The notes beneath the pieces were generated by a model. It did no database searches, was not told the origin of the DNA, and saw only the letters and a program-made list of their open reading frames with translations. From NCBI GenBank assembly GCA_050248855.1, contig JBFWRP010000034.1:1-46362 (forward strand): a DNA stretch of 46,362 bases, in the 5' to 3' direction. A program made the translations under genes and the position numbers. Positions within the stretch are counted from its first letter, which is position 1; each line of letters begins with the position of its first letter. This DNA comes from Planctomycetota bacterium (lineage in GTDB: Bacteria > Planctomycetota > PLA2 > JAEUHO01). Below are positions 27,189 to 37,786 of the stretch, in pieces.

Positions 27189-28034
27189 CTACGCTCGCGG
27201 AGGCAGCCGCAGCTCCAGGGCCGCCGCCACCTTCTGGAGATCGGCCCAGGCTTCGCGCTTGGCGCTCGGCTGTCGCAGGAGATACGCGGGGTGCCACGTG
27301 GGCATGACGCGCCATCCCTGCGGGCTAGTGAGAAAGCGTCCACGCAGGCTGGAGATGCCCCGGTGGGTCCCGAGCAGCGTGCGGGCCGCGGGCGCACCGA
27401 GGGCAAGGACGACCTCGGGGCGGATGAGCCTCAGCTGCTCGTCGAGGTAGGCCCGGCAGGCCCCGATCTCGTCCACGTGGGGGTCGCGGTTGCCGGGCGG
27501 ACGGCACTTGAGGACGTTGCAGATGTAGACGTCTTCCCCGTCCCGCGAGAGGCCGATGGCCGCAAGCATGCGGTCCAGGAGCTGGCCGGCAGGCCCGACG
27601 AAGGGCTCGCCGAGCCGGTCTTCCTCCGCTCCCGGCGCCTCTCCCACCACGACCAGACGGGCCGTCGGGGCGCCCACGCCGAACACGGTGCGCGTCCGCG
27701 ACTCGCAGAGGCGACATCGCTTGCATGATGCAACGTCTTCGGCCACGCGGGCCAAGGCGGCGATCCTCTCCGCCACGGGAAGCGGCGCCGCCGCGGCCTC
27801 CCGCGGCGCGCCTGCGCCGGCCGCCGGGACCCCGCGGGCCCCCGCGGGCGCGGAAGGGGGCTGCGCGGGCGCCGCGCGGGCGGTGTCAAGAGCCGCCGGC
27901 AGGGCGGCGGGTACGTCCGCGGCCAGCCAGCGCCCGCCGGTGCGGCGCAGCCAGGCCAAGAGCAGCGCCGCCTCCTGCCGGGGGGTCGCCGGGGGGCGTG
28001 ACGCGGGCGCGGAGGATTGCTGCGGCGAGGGCAC
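27189..28034 (-). CDS. uracil-DNA glycosylase, family 4 (Fe-S)
   Basis: CKRCRLC, VVGEAPG..ED..GEPFVG.AG.LL, YICNVLKCRPPGNRDP, HPAYLLR. Confidence 0.93.
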   Translation of the reverse strand: MPSPQQSSAPASRPPATPRQEAALLLAWLRRTGGRWLAADVPAALPAALDTARAAPAQPPSAPAGARGVPAAGAGAPREAAAAPLPVAERIAALARVAEDVASCKRCRLCESRTRTVFGVGAPTARLVVVGEAPGAEEDRLGEPFVGPAGQLLDRMLAAIGLSRDGEDVYICNVLKCRPPGNRDPHVDEIGACRAYLDEQLRLIRPEVVLALGAPAARTLLGTHRGISSLRGRFLTSPQGWRVMPTWHPAYLLRQPSAKREAWADLQKVAAALELRLPPRA

Positions 28035-28450
28035 CCGGGGAGGGTAGCCGCTCCCGCGGACGATCCGGTGACGGGCCTCGTGACGGGACCGCGACGGAGC
28101 CCCGGGTGGATGACCTGCCCAGCCCAAGATCCCGGCTCCGGCGGCGATCCACGTGACCGCCGCGTGACAGGGGGCCCTTACCTATCTGCCCACGCCGGAC
28201 CTTCGGCAGGGAGGGAGTCGGGACGCGATCGACGGGGTGCGCGGGCTCGGAGGGAGCTCACGCCATCGCCCGGCGGTCGTGTCGCGACGTCGACGAACGC
28301 AGGCCGTACCTCGTGTGCGCTTGCAGGAGTCGACCGGCTTGGCCCAGGCAGGGAGATCCGCACCCGTAGCAAGCGACCGGGTCGGACACGTCGGCGTGTG
28401 CACGCGCTCGAGGTGGAACGTCGCAAGAGCCCGAAAGGATGGCACCCAGG

Positions 28451-31400
28451 ATGAAGCGCAACGCCCTCGTCCTCTCGATCCTCGCTGGCGCGCTCGTCGT
28501 GTTCGTTGCGGGAGGCCTTGCGCCCGCCACGACGGCGTACGCCGGCGATGAGGCGGCTGGCAGCGTGCAGGCGTCACCGGCGCCCAACGCACTGGCCCCC
28601 ACGGCACGCGTGCTGCCCGAGCAGAAGCCCGCGCCCGCGCTTGCGGAGCTGGCCGAAGTCGAGCTGCCGCCCGCCGGTGAAGCTCCCGCTCCCTTCCCGC
28701 CGACGACGGACACGCAGCAGCCGACGCGCATCGCCCAGCCGCAGGTCCGCGCGCCGCGCGTGGCCGTCGCGGGCGACTTCCCGGCACCGCCGCCGTCGAG
28801 CTTCAGCAGCCCGGCCGCCGTGTTGCCGACGACGTCGCAGCCGGTGACGGTCCATGCCGGAACGAGCACCGACGGTCTTCCGGCGGGTTGGCAGGGACAC
28901 CGCCCGGGCCAGGTCGTGTGGTCGAGCGAGTGGGGCACGCCCGCTCCGGTCGCTCCCGCCGTCAGCTACCCCGTCGAGACGCCGGTCACCTTCGAGGGCC
29001 TGCCGGCTCCCGAGGATGCCGCCGCGCCCGCCGCCTCGGACGGCGCCCCCCCGGCTGCGGACCGTGGCGCTGCGATGGCCGAGCGCCGCGCGTTCCTCGT
29101 GCAGTCCTACATCGAGAAGGCGCGTGAAGCCCTGCGCATGGCCGACGTGGACGGTGCGAAGGACATGGTCACGCAGGCCCTCGACCTCGATCCGACCAAC
29201 GCCGAGGCCCGCGAGCTCTGGCAGTCCGTCTCGCTCGACCGCGCCAGCACGGCCGGCGCCTACGCGGGTTCGCGCGGCGACGTGGCCACCGTGCAGCGTG
29301 AGCGCGCCGCGACCGAGGTCCGCAACCACCTGCGTCGCGGCCAGCAGAACGAGTCCAGCGAGAGCTACGAAGAGGCCGTTCGCGACTACAGCAAGGCGCT
29401 CGCCATCATCAGCTGGTACGACCAGACCGCTGACTTCGGCACGTCGTCCGAAAACATCCGCGACCTGATCGACGCGGCCCGCGCCAAGGCGCGGGTCTCC
29501 GAGCGCCGCGATCGCCAAGAGGCCATCCGCCGCGCCCAGGCCGAGCGTGAGGCCGAAATGGCGCAGGCGCGCGAGCAGCGCCTGGGCCGTGTCCGCGCTT
29601 GGTTCGAGGGCGCCCACCGCGCCTTCCGCAGGGGCGAGTACGCCCTGGCCCGCGAGTTCGCGCGCCAGATCCTGCGTGCCGACCCGAACAACGCCGACGC
29701 CGAGCGCATCATCACGATGAGCCACGACGCGGAGCACATCGACAACGAGTGCGAGTTCCGCAGCGAGTTCGCCGACCAGTGGAAGTCGATCATGATGGAC
29801 TTGGAGGAGGCCAGCCTCCCCCAGGTCGACACGGTCATCTTCCCCGAGAACTGGCTCGAGGACATCGCCCAGCGTCAGCCGCGTGCGGTCGGTGACCCCA
29901 TCGACGACGCCGACAGCAGCGGCGAGCAGGCCATCTTGAGCGTGCTCACCAAGCAGCGCGTCCAGGGCCTGACCTGGGAAGAGGCCAACCTCGACACGGT
30001 CGTCGGCTACCTGCGCACCATCACCGGCCTCAACTTCTACGTCACCCCCAAGGTGATCGAGGAGAAGGGCGAGGAAGTCGCCGTCAACCTGAACGTCAGC
30101 GACGTGGCCGTGGCGACCGTGCTCGACCTGATCACGCAGCAGTACGAGCTGGCGTGGCAGCCGCGCGGCGGCGTCGTCACGATCCTGACCAAGGACGAGG
30201 TGCGCGGCTCGATGAAGCTGCGCTACTTCGACGTGCGGGACCTGGCCGTCCAGATCCGCGACTTCAGCACCGAGGACCTCAACCTCGTGCCGTCGAACTT
30301 CACCCCGCCCGAGCCGCCGGACCTTCCGGAGCCCGAGGCCATCTACTCGCCCGACAGCCTCGTCGAGCTGATCCAGAACACGATCGGCAACGAGGAGACC
30401 TGGAGCGAGAGCGCCCCCACCACGCAGAACGGCATCATCATCATCCGCAACACGCCGGAGATCCTGGCCGAGGTCGAGGACCTGCTGAGCCAGCTGCGCG
30501 CCAGCACGGGCGTGCTGGTCAACCTCGAGGTCCGCTTCCTCACGGCGGAAGACAACTTCCTGCGCGAGGTGGGCGTGGACATCCGCGGCCTGAACGCGGC
30601 GCACTCGCCCGAGGGCGGCGTCGTGGCCCCGGGCGGTACGCCGCTGCGCGGCCTCGTCATGGACGACCTGCGTACCAACGGTCTGGCCTTCGGCGCCGAT
30701 GAGCCCAGCGTCCCGGGTGCCAACGGCAGCCGCGACGCGGGCATCATCTGGAACGACGGCGCCAACGGCGCCTACTCGGGCCGCGTGGAGAACCTGTTCG
30801 ACGCCGTGGCCCTGCCCTTCGGCATCCACAACCAGCCGTCCCTCACGGGTAGCGGCGGGTTCAGCGGCGAGTACACGCTGATCAACACCAACTTCATCGG
30901 CGAGACGGCCCTCGAGGTCATCCTGCGTGCGGTGGAGAAGAGCGAGCGCGTCCAGCAGATCACGGCCCCGCGCCTCTCGGTCTACAACGCGCAGCGCGCC
31001 AACCTCTCGATCCTCAACCAGATCAGCTACGTGCAGGACTACGAGGTCGAGATCGCCCAGGCGTCGAACATCGCGAACCCGGTCGTGCAGACCATCCAGG
31101 AGGGCGTCGTGCTCGACGTCCGCCCGATCGTCAGCAGCGACCGCCGTTTCGTGACGCTCGAGCTGCGCCCGACGGTGGCCACCGTGCTCCGCCCCATTCC
31201 CACCATCACCACGAACCTGGCCTCGGGTCCGTTCCCGAGCGCTCCGGTGACGCTGCAGGTGCCCGAGATGCGCATCCAGCGCGTCCGCACCACGGTGATG
31301 ATGCCGGACGGCGCCACGCTCCTGATCGGCGGCATGAAGTACTACGACAAGGACGTCCGCGACAGCGGCGTGCCCTTCCTGTCCAAGATCCCGGTGCTGA

Positions 31401-31681
31401 GCTTCCTGTTCACGCGCCGTGGCAACTTCGTCAACCGCCGCAACCTGCTGATCCTCGTGACGGCGCGCATCGTGTCGCTCGAGGAGCTCGAGCCGAAGGA
31501 CAACCTCGTCCTGCCGCCCGAGCCCGAGCGCTTCTACCGCCCGATCCGCGAGATCGACCCGGGCTGCGGCCCCTGCATGAACGGCATGTGCGACGTGCCG
31601 CCTCCGCAGGCCGAGCCGGCGTGCGGCTGCGCACCGCGGGCGCCCAAGCCCACCTGCACGAGCTGCAACGCCCGCCGGTAG
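28451..31681 (+). CDS. secretin (GspD/PilQ family) with Pro-rich N-terminus, TPR region and Cys-rich tail (1076 aa)
   Basis: Signal peptide ending AYA; TPR (ALDLDPTNAEAREL); N-domain (IIIRNTPEILAEVEDLLSQL); secretin core EGVVLDVRP..S.D, VRTTVMMPDG.TLLIGG, GVPFLSKIPVLSFLF, NLLILVTARI. Confidence 0.92.
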   Translation: MKRNALVLSILAGALVVFVAGGLAPATTAYAGDEAAGSVQASPAPNALAPTARVLPEQKPAPALAELAEVELPPAGEAPAPFPPTTDTQQPTRIAQPQVRAPRVAVAGDFPAPPPSSFSSPAAVLPTTSQPVTVHAGTSTDGLPAGWQGHRPGQVVWSSEWGTPAPVAPAVSYPVETPVTFEGLPAPEDAAAPAASDGAPPAADRGAAMAERRAFLVQSYIEKAREALRMADVDGAKDMVTQALDLDPTNAEARELWQSVSLDRASTAGAYAGSRGDVATVQRERAATEVRNHLRRGQQNESSESYEEAVRDYSKALAIISWYDQTADFGTSSENIRDLIDAARAKARVSERRDRQEAIRRAQAEREAEMAQAREQRLGRVRAWFEGAHRAFRRGEYALAREFARQILRADPNNADAERIITMSHDAEHIDNECEFRSEFADQWKSIMMDLEEASLPQVDTVIFPENWLEDIAQRQPRAVGDPIDDADSSGEQAILSVLTKQRVQGLTWEEANLDTVVGYLRTITGLNFYVTPKVIEEKGEEVAVNLNVSDVAVATVLDLITQQYELAWQPRGGVVTILTKDEVRGSMKLRYFDVRDLAVQIRDFSTEDLNLVPSNFTPPEPPDLPEPEAIYSPDSLVELIQNTIGNEETWSESAPTTQNGIIIIRNTPEILAEVEDLLSQLRASTGVLVNLEVRFLTAEDNFLREVGVDIRGLNAAHSPEGGVVAPGGTPLRGLVMDDLRTNGLAFGADEPSVPGANGSRDAGIIWNDGANGAYSGRVENLFDAVALPFGIHNQPSLTGSGGFSGEYTLINTNFIGETALEVILRAVEKSERVQQITAPRLSVYNAQRANLSILNQISYVQDYEVEIAQASNIANPVVQTIQEGVVLDVRPIVSSDRRFVTLELRPTVATVLRPIPTITTNLASGPFPSAPVTLQVPEMRIQRVRTTVMMPDGATLLIGGMKYYDKDVRDSGVPFLSKIPVLSFLFTRRGNFVNRRNLLILVTARIVSLEELEPKDNLVLPPEPERFYRPIREIDPGCGPCMNGMCDVPPPQAEPACGCAPRAPKPTCTSCNARR

Positions 31682-31724
31682 GCGGCTCGGCACCGCGCTC
31701 GGGCCCCCCCGAGCCGCCCTGCAC

Positions 31725-31765
31725 CAGGCCCGCGAGCCCTCCGGCTCGCGGGCCTGCTCCTTTCC
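31725..31765 (+). terminator. probable intrinsic terminator after secretin 1
   Basis: 14-bp stem CAGGCCCGCGAGCC-ctcc-GGCTCGCGGGCCTG followed by a pyrimidine run CTCCTTTCC (weak U-tract). Confidence 0.6.
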
Positions 31766-32021
31766 GGGCGGGTCCGGCGGGGGAATCCGCAGGAGGCGTG
31801 CCTTGCGGGGCGGGTCGCGCTATGCTGGGCGCACCCGTTCGCGTTCGGCCCCGCCCCGTCTTCCGCGCGCCGACTGCCCTGGCTCCGTGGCAGAACCAAT
31901 GTTCCACCGCCGGGGTGTTCCATCGCAGCCGTGTCTCCGCGTCCTGCGCCCGTCCAGGGTTCCGGGAGGCCAAGCACGCATGCCATCCCGAGACGGCGCG
32001 CGCCGATCGCACCTCGCCCGG

Positions 32022-32050
32022 TTGACCCCCTGGGGGCCCATCCGTAGACT
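32022..32050 (+). promoter_or_regulatory. sigma70-type promoter for the TPR-TPR-exbBD genes
   Basis: TTGACC-N17-TAGACT, about 220 nt upstream of ATG 32273. Confidence 0.7.
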
Positions 32051-32272
32051 CCGCCGCCACGTACGCCCGGTCCGGCGGGAGGTCCGCTTGCCGCCCCGTC
32101 ACGGGGTTCGTGAAGCGGCCAGGGAGCTCGCTCCTCCGCGGCCGCGCTTGGCCCCCCGTCGTCCTCCACATCCCGCGCTCGCTTCGCTCGCATGCCCTGC
32201 GTAGCGCGCCTGGATCCCTCGCCCATTCCGACCCGGAACTGGAACCTCTTGCCGACCCGGAAAAGGAAGCCC

Positions 32273-35200
32273 ATGCGTCCCAGCCACTTCCTGTCGCGAC
32301 TGCGCCCCCTCCGCCGTCGCGCCTTCATCGCCCTCCTCGCCCTGCTCGTGGCCCTGCCGCTCGCAACGCCCGCGGCCCACGCCGGTGAGGACGACTTCGA
32401 CTTCGCCCAGGCGTTGGCCGGCATCGGCCAAGCCACGGGGGACAAGGCCTACTTCGAGTACGCCCGCAAGGTGCTGCGCGGCATGCTCCAGGCGCCGGGC
32501 GCCACCGACGAGCAGAAGGACTTGGCCGCTTACGGCATGGCCCGTCTCTCGAGCGACGAGGCCCGCGGCGCGCTCGCCCGCGCCGGCGTGCCGTTCAAGG
32601 ACCTCGTCAAGCTTTTCGAAGACGCCTGCGACGCGTTGGAGGCGTTCGTCAGCAAGTACCCCAAGCACCCGCGCGCCAACGAGGCCCGTCTGCAGATCGG
32701 CACGACGCGCCTGGGCTTCGCCCAGTTCGTCAAGGACAGCCTGCTCGGCGACGGCGACGAGATGGAGCTGCGCGGCACGACGGCCGTCGAGGTCCAGTCC
32801 GCGGCGCGCTCCTTCGTGGAGTCGGCCGGCAAGCACTTCGACAACCTGCGCCAGGGCTACAACGGCGCCAACCCCACCGACCTGCAGCTGATCGCCCACT
32901 ACAACTGGGTGCTCTGCCAGCACTACAAGGCCCTGGTCGAGCCCGCCTGCTCGTCGGCGGCGCGCAAGGCGCTGGAGCTGGCGGCCGTCGAGCTCGAGAC
33001 GTTCGTCTTCGACTACGACGGCACGCTCATCGCCGTGTACGCCCAGGACATCTCGGGCTTGAACTTCGCCGAGATCGGCAAGTGCGCGCGCGAGGAGTCC
33101 GAGCGGGAGTCGGCCTACCGCTCCGCGCTCAGCTGGTTCGACACCTGCATGCAGACCCCCAACGAGTCGCCCGAGCACCTCGAGGTGATCACGCGCGGCT
33201 TCTTCCACTACGCGCGCACCTGCCTCGAGATCCGCGAGATGGGCGGCGTCAACTACCTGCGCGTGGGTGTCACCAACGTCTCCCCCATGCTCGACCGCTA
33301 CCCGGACGCGCGCCTGAAGGACAACGGCGTGCGCGCCTGGATCGAGCTGGGCAAGATCCACGCCGCCCGCCAGTCCTACGACCAGGCCATCTCCGTCCTG
33401 GACGAGGCGGCCACCTTCGCCAAGACCGGCGGCATGCCGGCGCTCGAGGCCTTGGCCAACCGCGAGATCGCCAAGGTCGTCGAGAACGCGACCGGGTCCC
33501 TGGACGTGGACGCGGACATCATGATCCGCATCGGCAACGCGCGCATGGCCGACGAGCGCTGGGCCGACGCGATCGCCATGTTCCAGCAGGCGCTCGCCGC
33601 GCTGCCGCGCACGCGCGAGAACCTCGACAAGCTCGTGGACCTGTGGAAGCGCTTGAGCAGCTGCTACTCGTCCTTGGGTGACGACCTGGGTGCAGCCCTG
33701 TCGCTGGACCCCATCCACGAGCTCTGGCAGGACGGCGTGGCCCCGCGCTCCACGCGGGAGAACGACCCCAACCTGATCGAGTACGGCAACCTGCGCTTGG
33801 CGGCGATCGCCCGTTGGAAGCGCATGGCCGACGAGACCAAGTCGACGGCGCTCGAAGAGCGCTTCAAGGCGATGCGCAGCGCCTTCGCAGGCGACTACCC
33901 CGGCCACCCCCAGGAGAAGGTCGGCGTCTGGAACGAAGCCCTCGACCTGCTCCAGCAGGGTTCCAAGGCCAAGGGCGGAGAGCGCGAGCGCCTGCTCAAG
34001 CGGGCCGCGGAGCTCCTGAAGCAGGTGGCCAAGGACGCCACCAACCAGAAGCAGGACGATGCCTGGGCCTACCAGGCGCGCGTCGCCAACATGCTGGGCG
34101 ACAACGCAGGCGTGCTGCGGGTCCACCAGGAGGCCACCGCGTACTGGGCCACGCCCGAGGCGATGCAACAGGTCGCCGAGCACGAGTCCATCCGCAAGCG
34201 CCGCGAAGATGCGCGGGGCGAGCTGGTCTTCTGGGCCGCGACCGCCTTGGTCGACCAGAAGAAGTGGGACGACGTCCTCCAGATGCTCGACGGCTACCAC
34301 GGTACCTATGGCGCGTGGCGCACCGCCAAGAAGGACTCCAACGACTTCACCTTCTACAGCGGCACGATGGCGTACATGGTCGAGGCGTACCTCGGCAAGG
34401 ACGACATCGAGAACGCCATCGACTGGTTCCGTCGCTTGCTGCGCGTGGCACCCGAGTCAAGCCGCCTGCCGATCATCACGCAGCGTCTGGCCAGCTTCTA
34501 CAACGACCAGGCCAAGGGCATCGAGGATCGCCTGCGCACGCTCATCGCGGAGTCGGGCACGCTCAAGGGCCAGTTCACGACCACCGAGAAGACCTACTAC
34601 CTGAAGGCCGGGGCCCGCAACGCCGCAGGTCAGGAGCTGCGCCGGCTCAAGGACAAGATCAAGGCCTACGACGAGGTCAAGGCCAAGGGCGAGGACCCGC
34701 TGCGCATCCTGAAGATCAGCGAGACCGAGTACAAGGCGGACAAGAAGCGCGCGGAGGAGCTGGAGGGGACGGTCGAGCGCCTGGCCCCCGAGATCGAGCA
34801 GCTGTCCAAGGAGATGACCACCATCACGGCGCGCCGCGACGAGATCCAGGCGCAGCTCAACGCCGGCCGCGACGAGCTCTACGAGCCGCGCCGCCGGGCC
34901 GCGGAGTTCTACTACGAGCTCTGGAGCGCCCAGAAGGAGGGTGACAGCCCCACGCCGACGGAGAACGTCCGCGTGTTTGCCGACCTCTATCGCCGCGCGG
35001 CCCTGCTGCGTCCCGACGTGGAGGAGAACTGGTCGCGTGCCCGCGAGCTGTACGAGAGCTACCTCGCCCGGCCCGACGCCAAGGGCGAGCAGAAGCAGGA
35101 GGCCATGGGCGAGCTCGGCGGCATCTACTACCGGTTGGCCGTCGCCACGAAGGACAAGCAGGTGCGCGCCCAGCTCGTGGAGCAGGCTCGCGAACGCTTG

Positions 35201-36094
35201 CAGGCTTCCATGGCCCAGCTGCCAGAGAACAACTCGATCATGGTGGCCTTGCTCAAGAACGAGCTGGTGGCCTACCAGTGGACCTCGCCCGCGGACGGCT
35301 CGCGTCCGTGGTTCCTGCTGCGGGTGGTCTCGACCGTGCCCGAGCTGAAGGCCCAGGTACGGGACATGGGTACGCCCGCCGGGCCGCCCGTGCTGGCGTT
35401 CGAGCGCGAGGGCGACCGCAACCGCTACAAGCAGGGCATGGATACGTTCCAGCAGTACGTGGCCAACGTCTACAGGGACAACCAGCTGCAGCAGCTCGTC
35501 GGCAGCCTCAAGAAGGCCGCGGGCTTCAACCAGGTCTTCTGGGCCACGTACGCCAACCCGAGCAAGGACTTCCGCTTGGCCTTGGCCTGGGTCTTCAGCG
35601 AGTCGGGCAATGCCGATGATGCGCCGAAGGCCGTACAGCTGGCCGACAGCCTCGTGCGCGGCAACAGCCGCATGATCTACGAGGAAGAGTCGGAGGACTG
35701 GTGGCTCGCCACGGTGCTGGGCTTGCGCGCGCGCGTCGCGTACGCGGAGGCCCTCTGGTCCCAGGAGCAAGCCTCGGATCGCACGAAGGCCGTGATCAAC
35801 GGCGCCAGCACCTTCCTCACGAGTCTCCAGAACTCGTACCCGCAGCTGGGCGCCCCGGAGCGTCCGCAGACGCTGGACGAGCTGGTCGCCCTGCAGGAGC
35901 GCGTGGACAGCCTGCGCACGCGGGCCGACCTGCCGCGCCTGGACCTGATCTTGAGGCGCGGCGAGCTGAAGGTGTTCGGTGCGGACGGGGCTTCGGGCGA
36001 TGGCACCGGGAGCAACGCCCCCGGGGGCGATGGCGCTGGCAGCGGGGACGAGCCGCCGGCCGATGGCGCCCTGGACGACGCGGGAGGCAATTGA
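32273..36094 (+). CDS. large secreted TPR/alpha-solenoid protein with coiled-coil insertion (1273 aa)
   Basis: AAGGAAG RBS; signal peptide ending AHA with RRAFI; TPR-like helices (FVSKYPKHPRANEARLQIG; AWIELGKIH...YDQAI); K/E-rich heptad region near 34500-34880. Confidence 0.85.
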   Translation: MRPSHFLSRLRPLRRRAFIALLALLVALPLATPAAHAGEDDFDFAQALAGIGQATGDKAYFEYARKVLRGMLQAPGATDEQKDLAAYGMARLSSDEARGALARAGVPFKDLVKLFEDACDALEAFVSKYPKHPRANEARLQIGTTRLGFAQFVKDSLLGDGDEMELRGTTAVEVQSAARSFVESAGKHFDNLRQGYNGANPTDLQLIAHYNWVLCQHYKALVEPACSSAARKALELAAVELETFVFDYDGTLIAVYAQDISGLNFAEIGKCAREESERESAYRSALSWFDTCMQTPNESPEHLEVITRGFFHYARTCLEIREMGGVNYLRVGVTNVSPMLDRYPDARLKDNGVRAWIELGKIHAARQSYDQAISVLDEAATFAKTGGMPALEALANREIAKVVENATGSLDVDADIMIRIGNARMADERWADAIAMFQQALAALPRTRENLDKLVDLWKRLSSCYSSLGDDLGAALSLDPIHELWQDGVAPRSTRENDPNLIEYGNLRLAAIARWKRMADETKSTALEERFKAMRSAFAGDYPGHPQEKVGVWNEALDLLQQGSKAKGGERERLLKRAAELLKQVAKDATNQKQDDAWAYQARVANMLGDNAGVLRVHQEATAYWATPEAMQQVAEHESIRKRREDARGELVFWAATALVDQKKWDDVLQMLDGYHGTYGAWRTAKKDSNDFTFYSGTMAYMVEAYLGKDDIENAIDWFRRLLRVAPESSRLPIITQRLASFYNDQAKGIEDRLRTLIAESGTLKGQFTTTEKTYYLKAGARNAAGQELRRLKDKIKAYDEVKAKGEDPLRILKISETEYKADKKRAEELEGTVERLAPEIEQLSKEMTTITARRDEIQAQLNAGRDELYEPRRRAAEFYYELWSAQKEGDSPTPTENVRVFADLYRRAALLRPDVEENWSRARELYESYLARPDAKGEQKQEAMGELGGIYYRLAVATKDKQVRAQLVEQARERLQASMAQLPENNSIMVALLKNELVAYQWTSPADGSRPWFLLRVVSTVPELKAQVRDMGTPAGPPVLAFEREGDRNRYKQGMDTFQQYVANVYRDNQLQQLVGSLKKAAGFNQVFWATYANPSKDFRLALAWVFSESGNADDAPKAVQLADSLVRGNSRMIYEEESEDWWLATVLGLRARVAYAEALWSQEQASDRTKAVINGASTFLTSLQNSYPQLGAPERPQTLDELVALQERVDSLRTRADLPRLDLILRRGELKVFGADGASGDGTGSNAPGGDGAGSGDEPPADGALDDAGGN

Positions 36095-36096
36095 CC

Positions 36097-37503
36097 ATGG
36101 TCGCGCAGAACCCCCGGTTGGAGATCCCCATGTCACGCCTCCCCTCCCTGCAGGCGCTGTCCGTGGCCGCCCTGGTCGTTGCGCTGGCCTGGGCCGGCGC
36201 CCCGGCCTGGGCCGACGAGATCCACGTGATCGACGCGGAGACCTGCGCGACGCGCGTGATGTCCGTGGAGGAGGTCACCAGCGAGACGTGGTCCGAGGTC
36301 AAGTACCGCACCCGGGCTCGCGGCCCCGAGCAGTCCGTGCCGGCCCGCGACGTGGTCAAGGTCGTGCGCAAGGAACCGGCCCGCGAGGCGCGGTTGCTGG
36401 ACTCGGCGTACGGCGACCTGGCCCGCGGCAACTTCCGGGACGCCATGACCGCGTTCCAGAACATCGCCGGCGGGGGCCAGAAGATCGACGCGGGCACCGG
36501 TGCCCCCACGTACACGCCCTTCACGGAGGGCGACCCTCCGGGTCGCAAGTCGCGCCCGACCTGGACCAGCGAGTACGCCCACATCGGCTACGTCATGGCG
36601 CTCTTCGAGCTGGCCCGTGCCGGCAAGGACGCCAAGCTCTACGACCAGGTCCTGATGGCCCTGGAGGATCGTGAGCTGCCCCCCGTCGGCGAGGGCAAGG
36701 ACAAGGTGAAGCGCTCGACGGGCGGCTTCCTCGCGCGCTTCGAGGGCGGCAACAGCCGTTGGTACCCGCAGGCCCTGCGCATCCACGCCCATGCCCTGCT
36801 CGGCACGGGCGACACCGAGAAGGCCAAGGCCGCCTTCAAGGCCCTGGAAGACGCGGCCGGGCAGGTCCCGCTCGACCCCAAGTGGCTCTACGAGGGCATG
36901 ATCGGCGAGGGCCTGATTGCCGAGAGCCAAGGCCAGGACGCGACCTCGTCCTACGACCGCGTTGCCGCCACGATGCTGATCCGTCTCGAGAAGGAGACGA
37001 GCCCCTGCACGATGCGGACCTACGGGCAGCTCTACAGCTTGGCCCGTCTGCGCGTGGCGTCGGCGAAGCTGCTGCAGGCCGAGAAGGTCGGCGGCGCGGC
37101 CTTCGGCTCGCTGAGGTCCTACATCGAAGCCGGCGAGCCGTCGACGCTGCAGGACAAGTACGCCTCCAAGCTGTCCGAGCCGGCCCTGCGCGCCCTGCTC
37201 GCCGGCGCACGCATGGCCGAGATCCAGGCCGTGGGCCTCAACGGCAAGGGCTTGGCCTACCTGGAAGAGAAGCGCTTCGAGGAGGCGATCCTGGCCTTCA
37301 AGGAGGTCGCGGTGAAGCACTTCGCCGATCGCGACCAGACCGCGCGCGCCCTGTACTACCTGGCCAAGGCCGCCGACAAGGCCGCCGAGGCGGCCGACAA
37401 GCGCAACCAAGCCTCCGAGCGAGATCGCTTCAAGGCCCAGCGCGACGAAGCCGTCCGCGTGCTCAAGTCCCGCTACCGGTCCACCGCCTGGGCGCAGAAG
37501 TAG
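36097..37503 (+). CDS. secreted TPR protein with CpoB/BamD-like C-terminal repeats
   Basis: Signal peptide ending AWA; GKGLAYLEEKRFEEAILAFKEV...ARALYYLA...LKSRYRSTAWA; start 36097 or 36130. Confidence 0.8.
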   Translation: MVAQNPRLEIPMSRLPSLQALSVAALVVALAWAGAPAWADEIHVIDAETCATRVMSVEEVTSETWSEVKYRTRARGPEQSVPARDVVKVVRKEPAREARLLDSAYGDLARGNFRDAMTAFQNIAGGGQKIDAGTGAPTYTPFTEGDPPGRKSRPTWTSEYAHIGYVMALFELARAGKDAKLYDQVLMALEDRELPPVGEGKDKVKRSTGGFLARFEGGNSRWYPQALRIHAHALLGTGDTEKAKAAFKALEDAAGQVPLDPKWLYEGMIGEGLIAESQGQDATSSYDRVAATMLIRLEKETSPCTMRTYGQLYSLARLRVASAKLLQAEKVGGAAFGSLRSYIEAGEPSTLQDKYASKLSEPALRALLAGARMAEIQAVGLNGKGLAYLEEKRFEEAILAFKEVAVKHFADRDQTARALYYLAKAADKAAEAADKRNQASERDRFKAQRDEAVRVLKSRYRSTAWAQK

Positions 37504-37786
37504 GCGCCCACCACCTCTACCGGGGGTCGGTCGGCCAAACGGCCCTGGCCCCCGGACAGGGATCTCCCGGCGCAAAGGAGGGGCGCCCGGCGAGATCCCC
37601 CGAACAGCCCCTCGCGTCCCGAAACCCCGGCCGGGCAGATCGCCCCTGCGACACCCGGAACCGACCGACCCAAGGCCCGTGCATGGTGTGGCGATGGAAG
37701 CAGGCGGGATGTACCCTTCCCGCTTCCCCAACCGGCCGCCGGCACCTTGTGGAAGGTCGCGCCCAGCCTCGGAGTGCACTCACGCC

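Noticed and set aside
28130..28450. Sigma54 promoters upstream of the secretin genes (also checked 31690-32270 and 42674-43017)
   Set aside because: Only weak GG-N10-GC matches lacking the TGGCAC or TTGC context, so co-regulation of the plus arm by the EBP is not supported.
28451..29075. Pro-rich N-terminus of secretin 1 as a fused TonB
   Set aside because: The N-terminal helix ends in an AYA cleavage site and lacks the S-xxx-H motif of TonB/TolA anchors; no TonB C-terminal domain is seen.
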